From an uncultured Clostridia bacterium (GTDB taxonomy: Bacteria > Bacillota > Clostridia > Peptostreptococcales > Anaerovoracaceae), in the NCBI GenBank assembly GCA_937928455.1, contig CALFUG010000191.1, positions 1 through 32,485 on the forward strand: a stretch of 32,485 nucleotides of DNA, written 5' to 3'. A program made the translations under genes and the position numbers. Position 1 is the first letter of the stretch. Each line of letters starts with the position of its first letter. The notes under the pieces are model-generated. The model did no database searches and was not told the DNA's origin. It was given only the letters and a program-made list of their open reading frames with translations. This document shows positions 1-7,260 of this stretch, piece after piece.

Positions 1-323
1 AAGGATTTATAAAAATATTAGTCAGCGAGGACAACCAGATATTGGGTGTACATATCGTTGGGCCTCAAGCGGCTATTCTGTTGCAACCCTTCGTATATTT
101 AATGAATTCGGGGCAGAATTGTGAAAGAAACGAGAAGTGGAAGGGAGCAGGGACCTCTTCGGACTTGGAAGAACTTCGTATCATGTGTCCGGAGTTGGGT
201 AGTTACATGCCCATTCAAGACTCTATGGTCATTCATCCATCACTCAATGAATTAACGGCATGGGTCATCAATCGATTAGAGAAAGTATCACAGGGAGGAA
301 GCAAAAATGATGAAAGAATTTAA
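1..323 (+). CDS. 3' end of a pyridine nucleotide-disulfide (FAD/NAD(P)) oxidoreductase, dimerisation domain only; 5'-truncated by the window edge
   Basis: Frame 3 is open from nt 3. The translation GFIKILVSEDNQILGVHIVGPQAAILLQ...IHPSLNELTAW matches the C-terminal interface-domain signature (ilG.HivGp.A.el...HPtl.E) of the Lpd / glutathione-reductase / mycothione-reductase family. The TAA stop at 321-323 overlaps the mscL start by 17 nt. Confidence 0.6.
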   Translation, partial: GFIKILVSEDNQILGVHIVGPQAAILLQPFVYLMNSGQNCERNEKWKGAGTSSDLEELRIMCPELGSYMPIQDSMVIHPSLNELTAWVINRLEKVSQGGSKNDERI

Positions 324-711
324 AGAATTTGCATTGAAGGGAAACGTGATAGATTTAGCAGTAGCCGTTGTTATTGGAGGCGCATTTGGAAAGATTGTCA
401 CATCTCTGGTTAATGATTTAATTATGCCAATTATCGGGATGTTGATGGGTGGCATCAGTTTCATGGACTTAAAGTATGTGATCACCCCAGCCATGGGAGA
501 AACCCCGGAAGCGGCCATATTATACGGGAGTTTCATCCAGTCTGTAGTGGATTTTCTGATCATTGCCTTTTCTATATTTCTGGCCATAAAAATGATACAG
601 TCCAGGAAGAAGAAAGACGCGGAGACAGAAGAGGTTGTAGTAGACCCGGAGCCTTCAAAAGAAGAGGTTTTGCTGGGGGAAATACGGGATATTCTAAAAG
701 AACAGAGATAA
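307..711 (+). CDS. mscL: Large-conductance mechanosensitive channel MscL
   Basis: 134 aa. The N-terminus MMKEFKEFALKGNVIDLAVAVVIGGAFGKIVTSLVNDLIMPIIG is the canonical MscL TM1 signature. A second TM and a charged RKKK cluster follow. An intrinsic terminator lies downstream. Confidence 0.95.
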   Translation: MMKEFKEFALKGNVIDLAVAVVIGGAFGKIVTSLVNDLIMPIIGMLMGGISFMDLKYVITPAMGETPEAAILYGSFIQSVVDFLIIAFSIFLAIKMIQSRKKKDAETEEVVVDPEPSKEEVLLGEIRDILKEQR

Positions 712-766
712 AACAAATAGAATTTGAAAAAAAGTAGATAGTATATTCTAATATTATAATCATTAT

Positions 767-804
767 AAAACCGCCAAAGGCTATCAAATGGCGGTTTTTG
801 TTTT
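767..804 (+). terminator. Rho-independent terminator after mscL
   Basis: 10-bp stem AAAACCGCCA (767-776) / TGGCGGTTTT (789-798), followed by a T-rich tract. Confidence 0.7.
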
Positions 805-884
805 ATAATCCGAGCATTTTATACCAATATTAGAAGGATTCTAAAATAAATTGATTCGAAATTATCTAAATTTTGGAAAAAGCC

Positions 885-912
885 TTGCAAAGTAAGTTTT
901 TTGTGATACAAT
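885..912 (+). promoter_or_regulatory. Sigma-A type promoter of the NuoE/NuoF-GltD/HydA-like operon
   Basis: -35 TTGCAA (885-890), 16-nt spacer, extended -10 TGaTACAAT (904-912). It lies about 70 nt upstream of the first gene of the operon. Confidence 0.5.
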
Positions 913-918
913 TAACAA
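901..918 (+). promoter_or_regulatory. Candidate Rex (NADH/NAD+-sensing repressor) operator overlapping the -10
   Basis: TTGTGATacaaTTAACAA compared with the Rex consensus TTGTGAAnnnnTTCACAA (clostridial variant TTGTTAAnnnnTTAACAA). Each half-site matches 6-7 of 7 positions and the spacing is correct. Confidence 0.55.
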
Positions 919-979
919 TCAAAAGATAGATATTTCTTTAACAAACGGCAGAAATTTTATTTGAAGAGGAGGTGTCAGC

Positions 980-1477
980 ATGGCTCAGACTGAGAGTTGT
1001 CATGTAGACAATATTTCGGAAGAGGAAAAGTATCGATTACTGGAGCAAGTGATAAAGGACTATCAATACAATGAAGATAATTTGATTCAAATTCTTCATT
1101 ATGCACAATCCATATTCGGATTTCTTGCTCTTCCCACACAAAAGTTTATTGCGGAAACCATGAATTTGCCATTTTCAAAGGTTAGTGGGGTAGTAACCTT
1201 CTATTCCTTCTTTAACACTGTGCCGAAAGGAAGACACACGATTAGCGTGTGTTTGGGTACAGCTTGCTATGTAAAAGGGGGTAAGAAGATTATCGAAAAG
1301 CTGAATGATTTGTTGGGAATCGATGTGGGACAGACGACAGAAGATTTGAGATATTCCATAGAAATCAAGCGGTGTATTGGCGCATGCGGACTGGCACCCG
1401 CCATAAGTATTGACGATAATATCCACAAGCGAGTGAACCCCGCTCGGCTTCAGTCCATTTTGGATCAGTACGAGTAG
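980..1477 (+). CDS. NuoE/HydC-like [2Fe-2S] thioredoxin-fold subunit (small subunit of a NuoEF-type flavin module)
   Basis: 165 aa. Cys motifs CLGTAC and CIGACGLAP, typical of NuoE/HndA/HydC. Strong RBS GAGGAGG precedes the ATG. The gene is followed after a 12-nt spacer by the next gene, whose RBS lies in that spacer. Confidence 0.9.
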   Translation: MAQTESCHVDNISEEEKYRLLEQVIKDYQYNEDNLIQILHYAQSIFGFLALPTQKFIAETMNLPFSKVSGVVTFYSFFNTVPKGRHTISVCLGTACYVKGGKKIIEKLNDLLGIDVGQTTEDLRYSIEIKRCIGACGLAPAISIDDNIHKRVNPARLQSILDQYE

Positions 1478-1489
1478 GAGGTGAGAGAA

Positions 1490-4400
1490 ATGAAAGGAAA
1501 GATATTAAATGCGAAGGATCTTCTCACCATACGAGAAGAGTACAACCGTTTTAAGGAAGGATTCTCTTGGACTGTAACCATATGCTCGGGTGCCGGATGT
1601 GTTTCATCCAAGGCAGGCCAAGTAAAAGAGCAATTCATGAAAGAATTGGAAAAACATAATTTGCAAGATAAGGTCTTGATTAAAGTCACTGGTTGTATGG
1701 GGCTTTGTGACGCGGGGCCACTTCTTCTGATTGCACCGGAAAATGTATTGTATTGCTATCTGACTCCGGAGATGATGCCCCAATTAGTTGCAGAGCACTT
1801 CATCAATGGAAAAATTGTGGAAGAGTTCACATATATTGAACCCCAGACAGAAAAAAGAATCCCATATATAAAAGATATTCCATTCTTCCAGGGGCAGGAA
1901 AAAATTGTACTGAAGAATTGTGGGGAATTGGACTTTAATTCCCTGGAAGAGTATATTGCACGAGATGGATTCTTAGCTTTGGATAAAGCACTTCATGAAA
2001 TGTCTCCGGAGCAAGTAATAGAAGAAGTTGCAAAATCTGGATTGCGAGGCCGAGGAGGCGGAGGATTTCCTACTGGAACCAAATGGAAATTAGCCGCAAA
2101 GAATGAGAGCGATCAGAAATACATTATCTGTAATGCGGACGAGGGAGATCCCGGTGCGTTTATGGACCGAAGTTTACTGGAGGGAGATCCTTTTAATATC
2201 ATTGAAGGAATGATGATTGCCGGATATGCCATCGGTGCCACCCAAGGTTATGTATACGTAAGAGCCGAATATCCCATCGCCATCGAAAGACTGCAGGCGG
2301 CCATCGAGAAAGCCAGAGCTTCAGGGCTTCTTGGACAACGTGTCCTGGGCTCTAACTTCGATTTTGACTTGGAAATTCGAATCGGCGCGGGGGCATTTGT
2401 TTGTGGAGAGGAAACAGCACTCATTGCATCTGTGGAAGGGCAACGTGGAGAACCCACACAAAAGCCACCCTATCCGTCGGACAGTGGATTACATGGAAAA
2501 CCTACGGTTATTAATAATGTTGAGACATTGGGCAATATTACCACTATTATTCTGAAAGGTGCTGAAAAGTTTAGAGAGTATGGCACTGAAAAAAGTCCGG
2601 GAACCAAGGTATTTGCTTTAGCGGGTGATATCCATAATACAGGGCTCGTTGAGGTGCCTTTGGGGACCACACTGGGAGAAATACTGTTCCAAATTGGTGG
2701 GGGAATCCCTCATGGAAAACGATTTAAGGTAGCCCAGACCGGCGGTCCTTCCGGAGGCTGTATTACCGGAAACAACTTGAACGTCCCGGTGGATTATGAA
2801 TCTTTGGCGGAGCTAGGAGCCATTATGGGCTCTGGCGGACTCATCTGCATGGATGAAGATACATGTATGGTAGATATGGCTCGATATTTTATGGATTTTG
2901 TCCAGGAAGAATCCTGTGGCAAGTGCTTGGCTTGTCGAGTGGGAACAAAGCGAATGCTGGAAATCCTAGAGCGAATTACACAAGGAAAGGGGCAAGAAGG
3001 TGACGTGGAGTTACTGATTGAGTTGGCAGAAACCATTAAAGACACCGCCCTGTGCGGATTAGGCCAGACGGCACCTAACCCGGTTTTATCCACCATTCGG
3101 TCTTTCCGAGATGAATATGATCAACATATTCGTAACGACTATTGTCAGGCGGGAGTTTGTGGGGATTTGTTCATTTCTCCCTGTGAAAACTCTTGTCCGG
3201 CTCACATTAATGTGCCGGGGTACATTTCTCTCATTGCCCACGGCCGTCCCATCGATGCCTATAATTTGATTCGGCAGGAAAATCCGCTCCCCTCGGTATG
3301 TGGTAGAATTTGTACTCATCCATGCGAGAGTAAATGTCGAAGAGGTCAGCTGGATGAAGCCATCGCCATTCGAGATTTGAAAAGATATGCAGCGGATGAG
3401 GCCTTCAAACTGGAAGAACCTTTATCAGACCCTGTGCTTCCAAAGAAGGACAAGTCGGTTGGAATTATAGGATCAGGGCCTGCCGGTCTAACTTGTGCAT
3501 ATTATTTAGCCAAGCTGGGTTATGATGTTACTATTTATGAGAAGCATGAGATTCCAGGTGGTGTACTGGCATATGGCATACCGGAATATCGACTACCTCT
3601 GGACGTATTGGCTAAGGAAATTGAGACCATAAAAAGAGTGGGTGTGAAGATTAAGACCAACGTGGAAATCGGAAAAGATGTATCCTTCCAGAAGTTGAAA
3701 GACATACATGATTCTATTTTTATCAGTAGTGGTACCAATGTATCCTTATTGGCAGGCATACCTGGCGAGGATTTGCCCGGTGTTCACCCCGGACTGGATT
3801 TTTTGAGACAGCAGGATGATTTTACACATGAGGATATGAACGGAGTGATTGCCGTAATCGGTGGCGGAAACACGGCCATTGATGCCGCAAGAGTATCTTT
3901 GCGAAAGGGTGCCAAAGAAGTCCACATGTTCTATCGTAGAACTCGGAAGGATATGCCAGCTCATCCTCGTGAAATCGACGAAACCTTGGAAGAAGGCATT
4001 TTCCTCCATGAACTATGGGAGCCTATCGAAATTTTGGGAACGGATCGTGTGACCGGTATTCGTCTACAAAAGATGAAGCCTATCGGTTTTGCGAATGATG
4101 GAAGAAATAAAGTGGGTAAGGTGCCCGGAGAAACCATGACGTTCCTAGCAGACCGTGTAATCGTTGCAGTAAGTCAGCATACGGAACTATATTATACCAG
4201 GCCATACCAATTTGACTTATCGGATAACGATACATTCGTAGTAAATGAGGACACTCAAATGACCAATGTTGAGGGAGTCTTTGCCGGAGGCGATGTGGTT
4301 CGAGGCTCATATGTAGCCATCTATGCCATTGCGGATGGGAAAAAAGCAGCACAGTCCATCGATATGTACCTGGGAGGTACTGGTGAATTGTACAAGGGCG

Positions 4401-4582
4401 ATGCCATTGAAATTCCCATGGACATTAACGAAACCGAGTTGGAAGAGCATGAAAGATTTCCAATGGATTTCTTGCCGCCGGAAGTTCGAAAGGACAACTT
4501 CCAAGAAGTGGCCTATCGATATCATCGCTTGAATGCCATGGCAGAAGCCATGAGATGCTTGCGATGTGATTACCGGATTTAG
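1490..4582 (+). CDS. Fusion protein: N-terminal Trx-like [2Fe-2S] domain + NuoF/HydB-like FMN/NADH module + complete GltD/NfnB-like (2x[4Fe-4S], FAD, NADPH) module
   Basis: NuoF motifs: GLRGRGGGGFPTGTKW, CNADEGDPGAFMDR, GAGAFVCGEETALI, ESCGKCLACRVG...LCGLGQTAPNP. GltD-type motifs follow: C..C..C...CPAHINVPGYI, LPSVCGRICTHPCESKC, GIIGSGPAGLTCAYYL, PGGVLAYGIPEYRLP, VIGGGNTAIDAARV, FYRRTRKDMPA, VFAGGDVV. The ORF track starts at GTG 1481, but that codon abuts the AGGAGG RBS (1476-1481). ATG 1490 has proper spacing and is preferred. Confidence 0.9.
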   Translation: MKGKILNAKDLLTIREEYNRFKEGFSWTVTICSGAGCVSSKAGQVKEQFMKELEKHNLQDKVLIKVTGCMGLCDAGPLLLIAPENVLYCYLTPEMMPQLVAEHFINGKIVEEFTYIEPQTEKRIPYIKDIPFFQGQEKIVLKNCGELDFNSLEEYIARDGFLALDKALHEMSPEQVIEEVAKSGLRGRGGGGFPTGTKWKLAAKNESDQKYIICNADEGDPGAFMDRSLLEGDPFNIIEGMMIAGYAIGATQGYVYVRAEYPIAIERLQAAIEKARASGLLGQRVLGSNFDFDLEIRIGAGAFVCGEETALIASVEGQRGEPTQKPPYPSDSGLHGKPTVINNVETLGNITTIILKGAEKFREYGTEKSPGTKVFALAGDIHNTGLVEVPLGTTLGEILFQIGGGIPHGKRFKVAQTGGPSGGCITGNNLNVPVDYESLAELGAIMGSGGLICMDEDTCMVDMARYFMDFVQEESCGKCLACRVGTKRMLEILERITQGKGQEGDVELLIELAETIKDTALCGLGQTAPNPVLSTIRSFRDEYDQHIRNDYCQAGVCGDLFISPCENSCPAHINVPGYISLIAHGRPIDAYNLIRQENPLPSVCGRICTHPCESKCRRGQLDEAIAIRDLKRYAADEAFKLEEPLSDPVLPKKDKSVGIIGSGPAGLTCAYYLAKLGYDVTIYEKHEIPGGVLAYGIPEYRLPLDVLAKEIETIKRVGVKIKTNVEIGKDVSFQKLKDIHDSIFISSGTNVSLLAGIPGEDLPGVHPGLDFLRQQDDFTHEDMNGVIAVIGGGNTAIDAARVSLRKGAKEVHMFYRRTRKDMPAHPREIDETLEEGIFLHELWEPIEILGTDRVTGIRLQKMKPIGFANDGRNKVGKVPGETMTFLADRVIVAVSQHTELYYTRPYQFDLSDNDTFVVNEDTQMTNVEGVFAGGDVVRGSYVAIYAIADGKKAAQSIDMYLGGTGELYKGDAIEIPMDINETELEEHERFPMDFLPPEVRKDNFQEVAYRYHRLNAMAEAMRCLRCDYRI

Positions 4583-4594
4583 GAGGTGATTTGA

Positions 4595-6415
4595 GTGGTA
4601 AATTTAACAATTAACGGCAATCCTGTAACCGTCCCGGAGGGGACTACCATTTTGGAAGCCGCAAAAGTCAACAACATCTATATTCCACATCTATGCTATT
4701 TGGAGGGCGTTCACAAATCAGGCTCATGCCGAATGTGTGTCGTGGAAGTGGATGGAATGAAAAACCTTCAAGCCTCCTGTATTTCAGAGGTTACTGAGGG
4801 AATGGTGGTTCAAACCAATACCAAGAGAGTACGGCAAGCCCGGAAAGTTCTCTATGAGTTGTTATTGTCCAATCATCCTAAGGATTGTTTGGTTTGCAGC
4901 AGGAATAACAATTGCGAATTGCAAGAATTGGGACAACTGATTCATGTGAAGGAGACGCGATTTGAAGGGGAAAGGTCGGATTCCAGCCAGGACGTCACTT
5001 CATTTTCTATTGTAAAAGATAATGGTAAGTGCGTACTATGCCGGCGGTGCGTGACGGTTTGTAATGAAATTCAGGGTGTGGGCATTTTCAACCTACAAAA
5101 TCGAGGATTCAACTCGGTTATTGAAGGTGGGATGAGCTTACCTCTGGGAGATGTGAGCTGCACCAATTGTGGACAATGCGTCACTGTATGTCCAGTAGGT
5201 GCCTTGCAAGAGAAGGATGCGATAGAAGAGGTATGGGACGCTTTGTTAGATCCGGATAAAATAACCATTGTACAGACAGCTCCTGCGATTCGTGTGGCCA
5301 TTGGAGAAGAATTTGGGTATGAACCGGGATTTGACGGAACTGGTAAGATGGCTTCTGCATTGAAGGCATTGGGGTTTGACCACGTATTTGATACCAATTT
5401 TGCGGCAGACCTTACGATTATTGAAGAGGGAAATGAGCTCTTAATGAGATTGGTCAATCATTTCTATCATTTGGGAGCCATTACGAAAAAAGAGGCGGAA
5501 AAGACAGGCTTCAAGCTCATGGATCAGCCACCGGCACTCCCCATGATTACCAGTTGTAGTCCCGGATGGATTAAGTATGCAGAACATTACTATCCGGATC
5601 AGCTTTCTCACATTTCTAGCTGTAAATCACCCCATATGATGATGGGAGCTCTATTAAAGAGCTATTATGCTAAGGCCATCAAAAAAGACCCTAAAGATGT
5701 ATTTGTGGTTTCCATTATGCCCTGTACTGCTAAGAAATTTGAGATCGAAAGACCGGAAATGGTAAACGATGGTGTGCCGAATGTAGATGCGGTATTGACC
5801 ACGCGAGAACTGGGCAAAATGATTAAGGATGCCGGAATTGCCTTTCATGAAATGGAAGAGGCAGAATTCGAAAATCCATTGGGTTTATCCTCCGGGGCCG
5901 CGGATATCTTTGGAGTCACCGGTGGGGTTATGGAAGCCGCATTACGAACCGTTTACGAAATTGTAACCGGAAGACCGATTCCCTTTGAGGCGTTGAGAGT
6001 AGAGCCCATGAAAGGATTAGAAAGAATTAAGATTGCAACTTTGACGCTGGAAGGTACGAAAGAGCCGTTCCAATTTTTGGAGGGTGCCAGTGTCAGTGTA
6101 GCCAGTACCAGTGGTTTGAAGGGAGCGGCACAACTGCTCCAGGAAATCAGAGAGAAGAAGAGTCCACACACCTTTATCGAAGTCATGGGATGCCCGGGAG
6201 GGTGCATCAGCGGTGGCGGTCAACCCAGAATGACCACTGACGATGTGAGAAAGAAGAGGATGGAAGGACTATATCGGATCGACGAAAATAAAGAGTTGAG
6301 AAAATCTCATGAGAATCCCTTTATTACGGAAATCTATGAGAAGTTCTTAGAGCAACCTTTGGGTCATCGGTCCCACGATTTGCTGCATACCACGTATGTG
6401 GAGAGAAAAGAATAG
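4595..6415 (+). CDS. [FeFe]-hydrogenase-like large subunit (M3 architecture) with a non-canonical H-cluster L1 motif
   Basis: 606 aa. GTG start 8 nt after AGGAGG. N-terminal plant-type [2Fe-2S] Cys pattern, a His-ligated cluster (HPKDCLVCSRNNNC), and two ferredoxin motifs (CVLCRRCVTVC, CTNCGQCVTVCP). H-domain motifs: L1 TSCSPGW (canonical TSCCPxW), L2 MPCTAKKFE, L3 EVMGCPGGCISGGGQP. Confidence 0.9.
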   Translation: MVNLTINGNPVTVPEGTTILEAAKVNNIYIPHLCYLEGVHKSGSCRMCVVEVDGMKNLQASCISEVTEGMVVQTNTKRVRQARKVLYELLLSNHPKDCLVCSRNNNCELQELGQLIHVKETRFEGERSDSSQDVTSFSIVKDNGKCVLCRRCVTVCNEIQGVGIFNLQNRGFNSVIEGGMSLPLGDVSCTNCGQCVTVCPVGALQEKDAIEEVWDALLDPDKITIVQTAPAIRVAIGEEFGYEPGFDGTGKMASALKALGFDHVFDTNFAADLTIIEEGNELLMRLVNHFYHLGAITKKEAEKTGFKLMDQPPALPMITSCSPGWIKYAEHYYPDQLSHISSCKSPHMMMGALLKSYYAKAIKKDPKDVFVVSIMPCTAKKFEIERPEMVNDGVPNVDAVLTTRELGKMIKDAGIAFHEMEEAEFENPLGLSSGAADIFGVTGGVMEAALRTVYEIVTGRPIPFEALRVEPMKGLERIKIATLTLEGTKEPFQFLEGASVSVASTSGLKGAAQLLQEIREKKSPHTFIEVMGCPGGCISGGGQPRMTTDDVRKKRMEGLYRIDENKELRKSHENPFITEIYEKFLEQPLGHRSHDLLHTTYVERKE

Positions 6416-6476
6416 GACCATTCACTACTAAATGAATGATATGCCTTACTTACTACACTTGTTGTGGTACATCAAG

Positions 6477-6513
6477 AAAGAACCGGCCTCTCTCGAAGGG
6501 CCGGTTCTTTTAT
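6477..6513. terminator. Bidirectional intrinsic terminator between the convergent HydA-like gene and the nitroreductase
   Basis: 12-bp stem AAAGAACCGGCC (6477-6488) / GGCCGGTTCTTT (6499-6510). T-rich tracts flank it on both strands. Confidence 0.7.
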
Positions 6514-6516
6514 TGA

Positions 6517-7068
6517 TTATAGAAGCAAATCATCTATATCATTTCGAATTTCAGGATGCTCTCTTTCCTGAAGGTCCGCAGGAAGGCTGTGTTTATCACC
6601 ATACCTACCAATTGCCACCACGGCTATGGGTTTCACGTCTTCAGGCAATTGAAAGAGCTCTTTTGCTTCTTTTCTACGAAATCCCCCCATGGCATGGGTT
6701 ATGAACCCTCTTTTTTGAGCTTCCAATGATAGATACCCCCAGGCCGTTCCTGTATCGAACATATTCCAGTAATTGTCCTTTCCATTTTGTTGGAATATTT
6801 CCTTGCTGCATATCAAAATTAGCACAGGGGCTTTTCGTGCCCACACTTGATTACTCTCCGTCAGGACACCAATCATCTGTTTTCGCAGGTTTTCTTCATC
6901 TGCGATAAGAAACCTCCATGGCTGCTCGTTAAAGCAGGAGGGGGCAAATCTGGCGGCTTCTAATAGGGGCAGAATTTCCTCTCTAGTAAGGGGTTCATCC
7001 CGAAATGCTCTGGGAGACCATCTTTCTTTGATTTCCGTCATGATGTCATGGTTAAAAATTCTTTTCAT
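6517..7068 (-). CDS. Nitroreductase-family (FMN) oxidoreductase
   Basis: 183 aa. RWSPRAFRDEPLTREEILPLLEAARFAPSCFNEQPWRF is the classic nitroreductase-fold N-terminal signature. RBS AGAGGA lies upstream. Confidence 0.85.
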   Translation of the reverse strand: MKRIFNHDIMTEIKERWSPRAFRDEPLTREEILPLLEAARFAPSCFNEQPWRFLIADEENLRKQMIGVLTESNQVWARKAPVLILICSKEIFQQNGKDNYWNMFDTGTAWGYLSLEAQKRGFITHAMGGFRRKEAKELFQLPEDVKPIAVVAIGRYGDKHSLPADLQEREHPEIRNDIDDLLL

Positions 7069-7260
7069 GTTTCATTCCTCTTGATGGTTTTTGTTCCGGC
7101 ATCTTATAATAGTGTATTTTTCATTTTAGTCATATGGCTTGCTTCTGTCAACCGTGGAAGGCGTACTGTACATCCGAAAAAAGGTCATGTATAATTAACG
7201 GGGAATTGTATTAACAACTAGTAACAGACAATGAAAAGTGACCACAGAAAGGTGATAACC

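Noticed and set aside
100-260. An apparent ~25-aa Cys-containing insertion (NSGQNCERNEKWKGAGTSSDLEELRIMCPELG...) in the dimerisation domain of the truncated disulfide oxidoreductase.
   Set aside because: The gene is truncated at the window edge and the family is highly variable in this loop. It cannot be assessed without the full protein and an alignment.
288-716. 142-aa ORF on the minus strand, plus the 572-787 ORF.
   Set aside because: Both are antisense to the clearly identified mscL, have low-complexity Ser/Thr/Ile-rich sequence, and lack an RBS. They are shadow ORFs.
6432-6704. 90-aa plus-strand ORF after the HydA-like gene.
   Set aside because: It reads through the bidirectional terminator and is antisense to the nitroreductase C-terminus.
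7081-7187. Two candidate plus-strand promoters for glgP (TTGATG-N18-TATAAT near 7081-7110; TGtATAAT near 7179-7187). Also searched here for a cre site.
   Set aside because: The -35 elements are weak and neither choice can be supported over the other. I found no convincing cre (TGWAANCGNTNWCA) match.
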